Origin: an uncultured Gemmatimonadaceae bacterium
Lineage (GTDB): Bacteria > Gemmatimonadota > Gemmatimonadetes > Gemmatimonadales > Gemmatimonadaceae
DNA length: 64,000 bases
Direction: 5' to 3'
Assembly (NCBI GenBank): GCA_963790305.1
Contig: CAWBOC010000004.1
Coordinates: 10,476 to 74,475, forward strand
Below the pieces are notes generated by a model. It made no database searches and had not been told where the DNA came from. It worked only from the letters and a program-made list of their open reading frames with translations. Shown piece by piece: positions 30,830-40,463 of the stretch. Numbering within the stretch: position 1 is the first letter of the stretch; every line of letters starts with the position of its first letter. Position numbers and translations under genes: made by a program.

Positions 30830-33146
30830 ATGAGCCCCTCCCCGACCTTCTCTCTCAGGCTGTTCGGCAGTCCATCGATCGAGGCGGACGATGGGGGCGG
30901 GGTCCCTCTGTCTGGCCGTGTCACGCAACGACACCGCGTTGCCTTGCTCGCGCTCATCGCGATGGCACCCGGCCAGCGGCTGAGTCGCGACAAGCTGATC
31001 GCCTACCTCTGGCCGGACAGCGACTCCGAGCGGGGCCGCAATCTCCTCAAGGTGTCGTCGTACGTCCTCCGCACCGAGCTGGGCGAAGCCGCCTTGCTCT
31101 CGGACGGTGATGACCTGCGGCTGAACGCCGAGGTCGTGCGCACCAATGCGGCGGAGCTCGATGCCGCGGTCGAGCGTGGAGACCACGCCGGCGTCGTCGC
31201 GCTCTACAAGGGACCGTTCCTGGACGGTTTCTTTCTCCCCGACGCGCCGGAGTTCGAGCAGTGGGCGGCTCGAGAGCGTGAACGTCTCGCCGCCCGTTAC
31301 GCAAAGGCGCTGGAAGCGCTCGGCGACCAGGCAGAGGAGGAAGGCGACGCCACTCGCGCGGCGGAGTGGTGGAAGACACGAGCGGTACTGGACCCGTATG
31401 ACTCACGCGTCGCCCTCCGGCTCATGCAGTCGTTGGAAGCCAGCGGCAACCGGGCGGCGGCCCTGCAGCATGCTTCAATTCACCAGCGACTGCTCGAGCA
31501 GGAATTCGGCATCGCGGCGGCGGCGGAGATCGTAGCCTTCACGGAACAGTTGCGAAAGAGGCCGGCAGGTGCCGCGGATCCTCCGACTCCTCGTCGATCA
31601 CATCCCGAGTTGGCTCCCCAACCTTCGCCGCCACCCGCCGTCGAGCAGGGAGCTCGAAGCGAACGAGGTCGCGCAAGAATCCTTTCGAGGAAAACAGCTC
31701 TCTCGCTTGCGGCAATCGTAGTCGCTGCCGGCGCGCTGTGGGTCATCAGGTCCGGGTATGTCGCAACCGCGGGAGCGCTCGATTGCCGTTCTCCCTTTCA
31801 TTAACATGAGCTCGGACGGTGACGACGAATCCTTCAACGACGGCCTCACCGAAGAGATCATCACCGGTCTCGCCGCCGTACCGGAGCTGAAGGTCATTTC
31901 CCGCACCTCCGTGATGCACTACAAGGGAACCGAGAAGGCGCTTCCGCAGATCGCCGGCGAGCTGGGAGTTGCGCACATCCTCGAAGGCAGTGTGCGACGC
32001 AGTGCCGGGCGGCTGCGCATCTCCGCGCAGCTCATCGACGCCCGCGCCGACGAACATCTCTGGGCGGAGAATTACGAGACGGAGCTGCGCGATGTCTTCC
32101 GCGTGCAGGAGCAGATCGCTCGGGAAGTGGTGCGGGCCCTCGAGGTCGAGTTGGGCGAACGAGCCAATACCGCCCTGATTCGGCGGGGACCGCGCGATCC
32201 CGAGGCGTACCGGTACTACCAGCGCGCGCGGCATCTCTGGAACACGCGAACGAAGGAAGGGCACCAGCGCGCGATCGAGTACTACCACCGAGCGATCGAG
32301 CGGGACTCGAGCTACGCCGATGCGTACGCCGGACTCGCCGATACCTACCGGACCGCCTGGCAGCTGAATGTCTCTGATCTGCCCGAGGCCGAGACCTTCG
32401 CGCGCGCCCGATGGGCGGCCGAGCGTGCGCTCGCGCTCGACGACAGGTCCGCCGACGCGCACGTGGCGTTCGCGACGTCCCTCCAGGCGCAGAAGAACTG
32501 GCGTGCGACGGAGCGCGGGCTGCGGCGCGCCATCGAGCTGAATCCGAGCCATGCGACCGCTCGCACGTGGTACGGGCTGCTGCTGGCCGGGATGGGGCGG
32601 GCGCGGGAGGCCCTCGAGCAAAGTCGCCGGGCGTATGAGCTCGATCCTTTCGCGATCGTGCCGAGCAGCAACTACGGGTGGCAATGCTATCTCGCTCGCG
32701 ATTCGGAGTGCGCCATCGACCAGTATCGCAAGACCCTCGAGATCGGTCCGACGTATGGGAGGACCCACGCGCGGCTGGGGCTCGCCTACGCACAGAAGGG
32801 GATGTTCGACGAATCGGTCCGCGCGCTCCAGAGAGCCATCGAGCTGCATCCAGAGCGTCCGGACTTTGTGGCCGACCTCGCGTACGTCCAGGCGCTGCGA
32901 GGGGAAACGGCGGCGGCGCGACAGACGCTCGAGCGCGCGAAGGCCCAACCCTTCGAGCCGTTCAACATCGGTCGGGCGTACGTTGCCTTACGAGAGCCGG
33001 ACAGCGCCTTCGCGTGGCTCGAGCGCGCCAGGTGGCAATGGCCGCACCGTGCTGTGCTCAGCGATCCCGGGCTGGATCCGATACGCGGCGACCCTCGGTT
33101 TGCGCGTCTCGCTTCGCGCGTGGAGCGGGAAATGGGTATTCGGTGA
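30830..33146 (+). CDS. SARP-like wHTH/BTAD - TM - TolB_N - TPR regulator (frameshift near 31750)
   Basis: LRLFGSP, SRDKLIAYLWPD, LYKGPFLDGF..FEQW, SIAVLPFINMS, TPRs, IRGDPRFARL. Confidence 0.88.
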
Positions 33147-34182
33147 TGGCCACGCACGTGAAGCCATCGCAGCGCAGCTCCCCTTGAGATCACCGATCGA
33201 GCTCATTCGACTCGCCGAACGGTACGCGCGTTACCTCAGCGAGCGCACCGCGAACCCCTACCTGGCCTGGGGACGGCTTGGCCAAATCATCCGCGCGCTG
33301 CCTCGGGAGCAGGCGTTCGACCTGGCGTGCCACTTCGTCCATACGCTACCACGCTCCTGCCTCGCATCCTTCGGAGGTGGTACCCTTGCTCACCTCGTCG
33401 ACCACCATGGCGAGACGCTCATCGACTGGATCGAGCGCGAGGCGTCGCGCGACGTTGACTTTCTCGCCGCACTCTCGGGCGCGTGGGTCGCGGGCGAGGG
33501 CGTTCATCCCACGATACTCATTCGCCTTCGCACCGCGACGGGCGCTCGCATCCGCATCGTTCGACGGCGCGAACGCGACGCTGCCTACAAGGCGATGTTC
33601 GAACGCTGGATCACGGGGCGTCCCCAACGGCTCATGCGGCACCGGGAGCATCCAGTGCACACGCGGTATTTCGTGGACGAGGTTGACGGCGAGACGTTAT
33701 CACATTCGACGCCTCCCGTCGCGCGGCCGCGTGCCGCGACCGGTGTCCCCAGAGGAGTGCTACACGATGGGAGAGTGCTGCGGAACATGGCGCGGGGCGC
33801 TGCGATGGTCTGGTTTTTCTGGTTCCAGCTGACGATCTCGGCCCCCCTTCTTCTTCCTGTCCTCGTTGCCGTACTGTCCGTCGTCAGCGCGTCGCCGGTC
33901 ACCGACCTCATCACGGTCGCGCTCGCCTTCGTCCTCGGCACCGTTGGCGGCGCCGTCGCGGGTCTCGTAATGGGGGTCGTCATCGAACGACGCCGCCAGG
34001 CCCCGAATGCTCGGGCGTATGGCGGCGTGATGACGCTGATTCCCTATGTGACCCTCGTTGGCCTCATAGCACGGAGTGAGCATGGCGTCGTCGTGGCGCC
34101 CGCGGTGGTGACTGTACTCGCGGCGCATCCTGTTGTTTGGCGCTTCCTTCGCAAAGGGCGAGCGGCGCTGCACCACGTGTGA
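33146..34182 (+). CDS. DUF6869-like domain fused to a multi-TM C-terminus (start uncertain)
   Basis: GGGTLAHLVDHHGETLIDWIEREASRDVDFLAALSGAW resembles DUF6869; about 4 TM segments follow. Confidence 0.5.
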
Positions 34183-34205
34183 GGCGGCCCATACCATGAC
34201 GACCG

Positions 34206-35168
34206 ATGCGTGACATTCGTGTGGCGACCGTCCAGTTTCAGCACGCTCCGGGCGACACCTCGTACAACCTCGGCCGCGTTCGCCATTTCGTCGCCGAGGC
34301 GGCGCAATCCGGCGTCGAGATCATCGCGTTTCCGGAGATGTGCCTCACCGGCTACTGGCACGTGCGCAACCTCTCGCGTGAGGCGCTCGAGGCGCTCGCC
34401 GAGGCCATCCCCGGCGGGACGTGCACGCAAGCGCTCTTGAGCCTGTCCCGTGAGCACGGGATGACCATCGGCGCGGGGCTCGTCGAGCGGTCCGAGGACG
34501 GCCACTTATACAACGCGTACGTCGTCGCAATGCCCGACGGCCGCTGGGCACTCCATCGCAAGCTGCACGAGTTCGTGAGTGAGTTTCTCTCCAATGGGGA
34601 TCGGTTCACGGTCTTCGACACGCCTCACGACTGTCGCGTTGGCGTTCTGACGTGCTACGACAACAACATCGTCGAGAACGCCCGCGCCACGGCGCTCCTC
34701 GGCGCTGAGATTCTGCTCGCTCCCCATCAGACGGGCGGCTGCAACTCGCTGAGCCCGCGCGCGATGAAGCCGGTAGACGCCGGCATCTGGGCGCGCCGAC
34801 ACGAGGATCCTGAAGCGATCCGCGCCGAGATCTGCGGCATCAAGGGCCGGGCATGGCTGATGAGGTGGCTCCCAAGCCGGGCTCACGACAACGGAATGTT
34901 TCTGCTGTTCAGCAACGGCATCGGGCCCGATGACGACGAGATTCGCACGGGGAATGCGATGGTGCTCGATCCCTATGGGGAAGTGATCGTCGAGACGTGC
35001 GAGGCGGGCGATGCCATGGTCGTGGCGGACCTGGACGCGTCGGTGCTGCCGACATCATCAGGACGCCGCTGGCTGCGGGCGCGCCGGCCCGAGCTGTATG
35101 AGGGCCTAACGCGCCGCACCGGACAGGAGCAGGACACGCGCCACGTACGCTTTGGCAACCCACCCTAG
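34206..35168 (+). CDS. Carbon-nitrogen hydrolase (nitrilase superfamily)
   Basis: FPEM, HRKLH, TCYD catalytic triad motifs. Confidence 0.92.
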   Translation: MRDIRVATVQFQHAPGDTSYNLGRVRHFVAEAAQSGVEIIAFPEMCLTGYWHVRNLSREALEALAEAIPGGTCTQALLSLSREHGMTIGAGLVERSEDGHLYNAYVVAMPDGRWALHRKLHEFVSEFLSNGDRFTVFDTPHDCRVGVLTCYDNNIVENARATALLGAEILLAPHQTGGCNSLSPRAMKPVDAGIWARRHEDPEAIRAEICGIKGRAWLMRWLPSRAHDNGMFLLFSNGIGPDDDEIRTGNAMVLDPYGEVIVETCEAGDAMVVADLDASVLPTSSGRRWLRARRPELYEGLTRRTGQEQDTRHVRFGNPP

Positions 35169-35264
35169 ATACCGCCCGCCGCGCACTCGTGCTGAGCGAA
35201 ACCGGGTTGGCGGGGCCATCGTATGGGGTTCCAATAGGAACAACTCCCCATACGCAGGTCATCC

Positions 35265-36005
35265 ATGCCAGTCGCATCCATCACGACCCCCGTCGATCCC
35301 CCCACCGAGAACATTCAGGCCTACGCCCGATTCGCCGGCATCCTCGGGATTCTGACAATCATCGGGGGCGGATTCGGCGAGGCGTACGTGCCCGGAGCCA
35401 TGATCGTCTCCGGCGACGCGGCGGCGACCGCCCACAACATTCTCACCGGAGAGTCGTTGTTCCGCTGGGGGTTCGCGGGGTACCTTCTCGAGGCGCTCTG
35501 CGACGCGGGGCTCACCATGGCGTTCTGGGTCCTGATGCGCCCCGTGAACCGGAATCTCGCCATGCTCATGGTGGTCTTCCGGATCATCTCGACGTGCGGC
35601 TTCGCATCAGCGGAGATGCTGTACTTCGGTGCGCTGCGAACCCTGAAGGGTGCGACGACCCTGTCGGCCTTCCAACCGGACCAGCTCAGCGGCATCGCCT
35701 ACACGCTGATTCAGGTGAGCGCGTTCGGGCAGGCGCTCTTCAGCATGTTCTACGGCGTGGCAAGCATGGTGTTCGGCTGGCTCATTTACCGGTCCGGTTA
35801 TCTGCCGCGCATCTTCGGCGTGGGGATGGCGATCATGGGAGTCGCGTTCACGGCGCGCACGTTTCTCCTCGTCCTCGCGCCTGCCTATGCGTCTCCGCTG
35901 TTGCTCGCGACCGCGGCGATCGCGTTCATTCCCTTCATCTTCTGGCTGCTGATCCGCGGGGTCGACGTGTCCGCGTTTGCGAAGGTGGCGAGGTTGTCGA
36001 GGTGA
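35265..36005 (+). CDS. DUF4386 membrane protein
   Basis: YARFAGILG, GDAAATAHNI...LFRWG, LIYRSGYLPRIFG, WLLIRGV. Confidence 0.85.
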   Translation: MPVASITTPVDPPTENIQAYARFAGILGILTIIGGGFGEAYVPGAMIVSGDAAATAHNILTGESLFRWGFAGYLLEALCDAGLTMAFWVLMRPVNRNLAMLMVVFRIISTCGFASAEMLYFGALRTLKGATTLSAFQPDQLSGIAYTLIQVSAFGQALFSMFYGVASMVFGWLIYRSGYLPRIFGVGMAIMGVAFTARTFLLVLAPAYASPLLLATAAIAFIPFIFWLLIRGVDVSAFAKVARLSR

Positions 36006-36119
36006 TCCAGGTCATCGAGGTGATCGAGGTGATCGAGGAAAGGCAACGACGCTCCCTCGATCACCTCGACCACCTCGACCACCTCGACCCCTCGACGACC
36101 TCGACAGCCTCGACCACCT
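35979..36119. repeat. Dispersed palindromic element with tandem 9-bp arms, copy 1
   Basis: (TCGAGGTGA)n-GGAAAGGCAACGACGCTCCC-(CACCTCGAC)n. Confidence 0.85.
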
Positions 36120-36128
36120 AAGTCCTGC

Positions 36129-38702
36129 TCAGTTACTGAACCAGTACGCCACTTTGATGAGGAACGTGTTGTCCGGGTGAAGCGAGAACAGCTCGCCATA
36201 GTCTTGCGTCCACGACTGACGGAACGTGTCGTCCGGGCCGGGTCCCTGACGGCCATGCTGCCAAACGACGAATAGCGTCGAGCCCGGGCGGAACTCCCAG
36301 CGCACCACACTGTTGCTGATGAGGTCCGTGACCTTGAACGTCGTGGGTTCCTCCGCAGGAGGCGTGTATGCCTGGAAGCGCGCGTCGTAGTCGTCGGCAC
36401 CGGGCGTCGCGCTGACCTCACGAAAATTCGTGTACACACCGGTCGCCCTGAAGGGGCGCGCGTAGAGCTCGAGCGTGAGATTCGGCGTCATCGTGTAGTT
36501 CACACGCACGCTCATCGACGTCTCCTGATAATCGAGATGCCCGAACGAGTAATCCGTGACGCCAGTGAGTGTGTCGGTGAAGTTCCCGAACCACTGGCTG
36601 TCGTTATGGTCGCGTCCAAATCCCCCACCAATGGTCAGCTGAAAGGGTGACCCGAACCGGAACGTGACGTAGGGGTCCAGGAACAAGCCATCGGTCTTTC
36701 CCTCGTCGGCAAACAACCAGTTCGCGAAGATCCCGCCGGAGACCATTTTCCGGCTATCGGTGTTGAAGCCTGCCCACGGGCTGAACCGGCGCGATTGCCG
36801 CAGCGGCGGCCCGCCGCGCGTCTCGCGGTCGTCGTAGCTCTCGCCGAGTCGAGCCATCGTCCCGCCAGCATGGAAGTCCCAATTGTTCTTGGTCCCGATG
36901 TGGCCGTTGAAGTTCACCGCGTTCTCGAGGCGCAGTCCGGAGGTGTTCCACGTCTCCCAGTGGTTGCCATTGATTTGCGCCCATCGGTAGATGCCTCTCG
37001 CTTCCCGAAATGACAGCGCCGCCCACGTGCTCCAGTCCATGAGGTCCGCGCGGCGAAGGAAGCCGAGGTCGTTCGCCTCGAATCCGGGCGACATGCGGAT
37101 GACGCTCGTCTCGAAGCGAGTGATGCCGCCGCTGTACTTCCCGAACTTGAGCTGCGCCGAGTAGCCGGACAGCGACTCGCGCGTCGAATCGACCTGCGGA
37201 TCATCGCCCGGCTGCTGGTAGTAGCGGACCGAGCTCTGTTGCGTTCTCAGGATCGCCTCGCGGGTACCGGAGACACGCGATGCGGCGAGCTGACCGGCCA
37301 GCTCATAGCGGCGCCCGGAAAAGCGGTTGCGGAACGTCGCGCCGGCACTGTACGCCGCCTGATGGAGGAACGGCCTCGTCCACTGGTCGTCGGACCGGTT
37401 CACCGCCGTTCCGATCAGGCCGATGTCCGCGTCACCGCCACGGAAATCCTGAAGCGCCCGGACGACGGCGTAGTTCGTGAGCGGCTCGACGGTTCGGCCA
37501 TCGGTACCCGCCACGTCGCGCGTGATGGCGTCCAGCACTCCAAACGCGAGGCCGCCCTTCGTGCGGCTGGTGAGCTTCGTCGCGGCGGCAATCGTGGTCG
37601 ACGTCGGCGTCGTCTCATCCCCATACACGTTGCGAAGCGACGGGGAGCGCCCAATACGGCGCGAGTAGAAGAGTCCCTCGTTCGTGCTGCAGTCCACCAC
37701 GATGTAGCAGTTGAGCTCGAAGCGATACAGCCCCGTGCCCTCGACGAAGAACGGGCGGCGCTCGTACAGGAACGTCTCGAACGCGGTGAGGTTGACGACC
37801 GACGGATCCGACTCCACCTGGCCGAAGTCCGGATTGATGGTGGCGTCGAGAGTGACGTTAGGCGTGATGCCGATCTTGACATCACCACCGGCCGTCAGCT
37901 CCTGGACGCGGTCGTAACTCCCGGTGGGCGTGCGGCGTTGCACGTTCTTCGCGACGACGTACGGAGTGGCCTCGATCCGGCGCGCCGTGCTCAGCGATGA
38001 CATCCCCTCGAGGCGCCCGAGCTGTGAGGCGAGACCGGTGCGCTGCGGGTGGTAGAGCGGCCAGCTGCTGCGCTCACGGTACCGCTCGACGTCGCGCCAG
38101 ATCCCGAACCCAAACGTGGTCGTCCCCGCCGTATAGCGGAGCTGCGAGAGCGGGATGCGGAACTCGGCCGTCCAGCCGAGGGAGTCGACGTTGGTTGCAA
38201 CGTCCCATATGCCGTTCCAGGACTCGTCCTCGTTGCCGTCGTTGCTCATCGAGTAGTCGCGCTTCACGCCGTCCGGGTTCACGGCGAACTCGAACCCGCT
38301 GCGCCGGTCGTTGTACGAATCGATGAGGAGCTTCACCTGGTCCGACGGACCCCGGACATCTCGTCGCGACAGCGCGTGCATGATGCTGTCGGGGTGCGGG
38401 TCGAACATCCGCACGAACACGTAGAGGTTTCGCGCGTCGTATGCCGCCTGGAATTCGGTGCGGAACGAGGGGTCTACATCCACCTTGGGCTCGAACTGGC
38501 GAAACCCGGACTGCTTGGGCGCCTGCTGCCACACCGCATCGCCGTCCCGACCGTCTATTTGCGGTGGGTCCGCGGCGCGCACAGCGGTCGCGGCCGCGAT
38601 GACCGGTGCGCTGGCCGGCTGGGCCGGCTGGCCCTGCTGGGCGTGGGCCTGCTGAAATACTGAAAGAGCAGCAGCGATGATCGCGGCGGCGGCACTATGC
38701 AT
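36129..38702 (-). CDS. CBM9-like + DUF5916 outer-membrane protein
   Basis: PQIDG..DAVW, GWTAEFRIPLSQLRY, TINPDFGQVESD, ERRPFFVEG, LFYSRRIG, C-terminal FLIKVAYWF. Confidence 0.9.
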   Translation of the reverse strand: MHSAAAAIIAAALSVFQQAHAQQGQPAQPASAPVIAAATAVRAADPPQIDGRDGDAVWQQAPKQSGFRQFEPKVDVDPSFRTEFQAAYDARNLYVFVRMFDPHPDSIMHALSRRDVRGPSDQVKLLIDSYNDRRSGFEFAVNPDGVKRDYSMSNDGNEDESWNGIWDVATNVDSLGWTAEFRIPLSQLRYTAGTTTFGFGIWRDVERYRERSSWPLYHPQRTGLASQLGRLEGMSSLSTARRIEATPYVVAKNVQRRTPTGSYDRVQELTAGGDVKIGITPNVTLDATINPDFGQVESDPSVVNLTAFETFLYERRPFFVEGTGLYRFELNCYIVVDCSTNEGLFYSRRIGRSPSLRNVYGDETTPTSTTIAAATKLTSRTKGGLAFGVLDAITRDVAGTDGRTVEPLTNYAVVRALQDFRGGDADIGLIGTAVNRSDDQWTRPFLHQAAYSAGATFRNRFSGRRYELAGQLAASRVSGTREAILRTQQSSVRYYQQPGDDPQVDSTRESLSGYSAQLKFGKYSGGITRFETSVIRMSPGFEANDLGFLRRADLMDWSTWAALSFREARGIYRWAQINGNHWETWNTSGLRLENAVNFNGHIGTKNNWDFHAGGTMARLGESYDDRETRGGPPLRQSRRFSPWAGFNTDSRKMVSGGIFANWLFADEGKTDGLFLDPYVTFRFGSPFQLTIGGGFGRDHNDSQWFGNFTDTLTGVTDYSFGHLDYQETSMSVRVNYTMTPNLTLELYARPFRATGVYTNFREVSATPGADDYDARFQAYTPPAEEPTTFKVTDLISNSVVRWEFRPGSTLFVVWQHGRQGPGPDDTFRQSWTQDYGELFSLHPDNTFLIKVAYWFSN

Positions 38703-38853
38703 TGAGGGCTCCGAGTGGGACCTGATGATGCTTTGACACCCGATTGGCGGGAAGAGTTGGAGTCGACTACGCCCCGCAACGCATGGTTTTGCGGTGAGTT
38801 ACCGGGGGGAGCCGACCAGCGGGAGCCGCACGGGTCGCCTCCGCCTCGGCGGT

Positions 38854-39696
38854 TTACTGCGTGGTGAGAATCCCTTCGTCGATCACGGCCCCCGTTCGGC
38901 TGATCGCCTGGAAGAACATCTTGTTGCCGATGATCTCGACGATCATGAACGAGCGGTCGCGGTCGAACGCGGCCGCGGTGAGCGGTCCGCGCCGCGTGTC
39001 GCCCTTGCGCAGCTTCGCCGCTCCACCGGCGAGGAAGTGGTGAATGCCCTTCTGCGGCTTGAACCGCTCGTAGACATGCTCGTGACCCGCGAACACGACG
39101 TCGACTCCGTGCTTGACGAAGATCGGCTCGAGGATCGCCCTGAGCTCGACCTCCGGCCCGCGCCGCGCCGTCGTGTACAAGGGATGATGGAAGTAGGCGA
39201 TCTTCCACTCCGAGTCCGATGCCTCGAGCTCCTTCTCCAGCCACTTCACCTGCTCCGGATCCAGGTAGTTGCTGTCCAGGATGAAGAACCGCACGTTGCC
39301 TTCCTTGAAGGTGCGGTAGCGCTTCCCGTCGAGGTTGAACGGCTTGTAGTAGCGCTGGTTGGGATCGTCGTGATTCCCGAGTGCGGCGTGAAACTTCACG
39401 CCGGCGTCGAGAAGCGCCTTATAGGGCCTCTCGAACTTTTGCGCGAAGTCCTGCGGCCGCTCCTTCCCGTAGATGTTGTCGCCGAGCATGATGGCGAAGG
39501 TGAACGGGAACTCGGCGTAATACCTGAGGATTTGGGCCGCCACTTCGTTCTGTTGTCGGTCGCCCGTCCCGGCATCGCCGAGGACGAGGAATCGAACCGA
39601 GTTGGGCATGACGGGAAGGCGCATGTCCTGCGCTGGCGCCTCAGCGGGCGCCCATGCTGCCAGAATCCCCGCGATCATCGCCAAATGTCGCTTCAT
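38854..39696 (-). CDS. Secreted metallophosphoesterase (purple acid phosphatase-like)
   Basis: GDAG, GDNIY, GNHD, FHHP, AGHEH motifs; ATG 39696 with GGAGG RBS. Confidence 0.9.
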   Translation of the reverse strand: MKRHLAMIAGILAAWAPAEAPAQDMRLPVMPNSVRFLVLGDAGTGDRQQNEVAAQILRYYAEFPFTFAIMLGDNIYGKERPQDFAQKFERPYKALLDAGVKFHAALGNHDDPNQRYYKPFNLDGKRYRTFKEGNVRFFILDSNYLDPEQVKWLEKELEASDSEWKIAYFHHPLYTTARRGPEVELRAILEPIFVKHGVDVVFAGHEHVYERFKPQKGIHHFLAGGAAKLRKGDTRRGPLTAAAFDRDRSFMIVEIIGNKMFFQAISRTGAVIDEGILTTQ

Positions 39697-39701
39697 GAGA
39701 G

Positions 39702-40303
39702 TCACCCTCCCGAGGGCACGGCCCGGGGCATGAAGTCGAGGATCACGTTCGCCTCGACGTCGCGCAGGATGAGATAGTTCCCGCACGATCCGGTACTCGA
39801 TCTCCTCCGGCAGCGGGGGAAGCACGGGAAGCAGTGCCGGCGGGAACGTCGCGAGCGGATACGTCGTCGGATAAATCTGGTTCACCTGGGGCTCGAAGTC
39901 CGGGAGCTCTTCCTGCTGGTCCTGTCGCGTCTCGAGCACCGGTTCGGAGCGCCGACTGTATTCCTGTCTGATCAGGGTGGCGAGGAACGCCGCCACCTCG
40001 GGCGAGAAGATGTCCCCCTGCTTCGCCTGCGGACGCGAGGCGATGATCGCGTTTCCGAGCGCGACGGCACGCGTCGGCAATCTCCGCCTGACTCTTCGTG
40101 GGATCGAGGTCGCCAATCGAGTCCGTCAGGCGTTCGCGAAGGGTGGTGTATGCATCGAGGCGCTTCGCGAAGTCGGCGAACATCGTGTCGGTCGGATTCT
40201 CCGACCGATCCGGCTCCGCTTCTTTGCACCCAGTCCCGAAGGTGAACGCGGCACTGACAACGGCGACCAGCGCGAGGGTTCTTCCTCGCCGTTTGCGCGA
40301 CAT
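39702..40303 (-). CDS. Hypothetical lipoprotein (two frameshifts)
   Basis: MSRKRRGRTLALVAVVSAAFTFGTGC; AKQGDIFSPE; LPPLPEEIEYRIV; LRDVEANVILDFMP. Confidence 0.7.
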
Positions 40304-40463
40304 AGGCTTCTCCCTCGAGGAGCGGCGACCGGCCGGTGGCACGTCACCGGGTTCTTTCAAGGCTCGTGCCTCGAATACTCGTCGATGACCCGGTCACCGT
40401 CATTGCGACGGGGTGGTTTGAATCGTTCAAGCCCCTACCCTTTCGCCGTGTTAAGTCCCTCGT

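Noticed and set aside
32551..33145. N-terminal part of the 543-aa ORF
   Set aside because: Off-frame overlap with the TPR regulator
35979..36119. CRISPR array
   Set aside because: Units are 9 bp with no unique spacers, arranged as inverted arms; no cas genes
35189..36121. Protein with VIEVIE/LDHLDH repeats
   Set aside because: Translation of the non-coding 9-bp palindromic repeat in a shadow frame
38854..40116. 420-aa phosphoesterase fusion
   Set aside because: The N-terminal part belongs to the frameshifted upstream lipoprotein; the phosphoesterase has its own RBS, ATG (39696) and signal peptide
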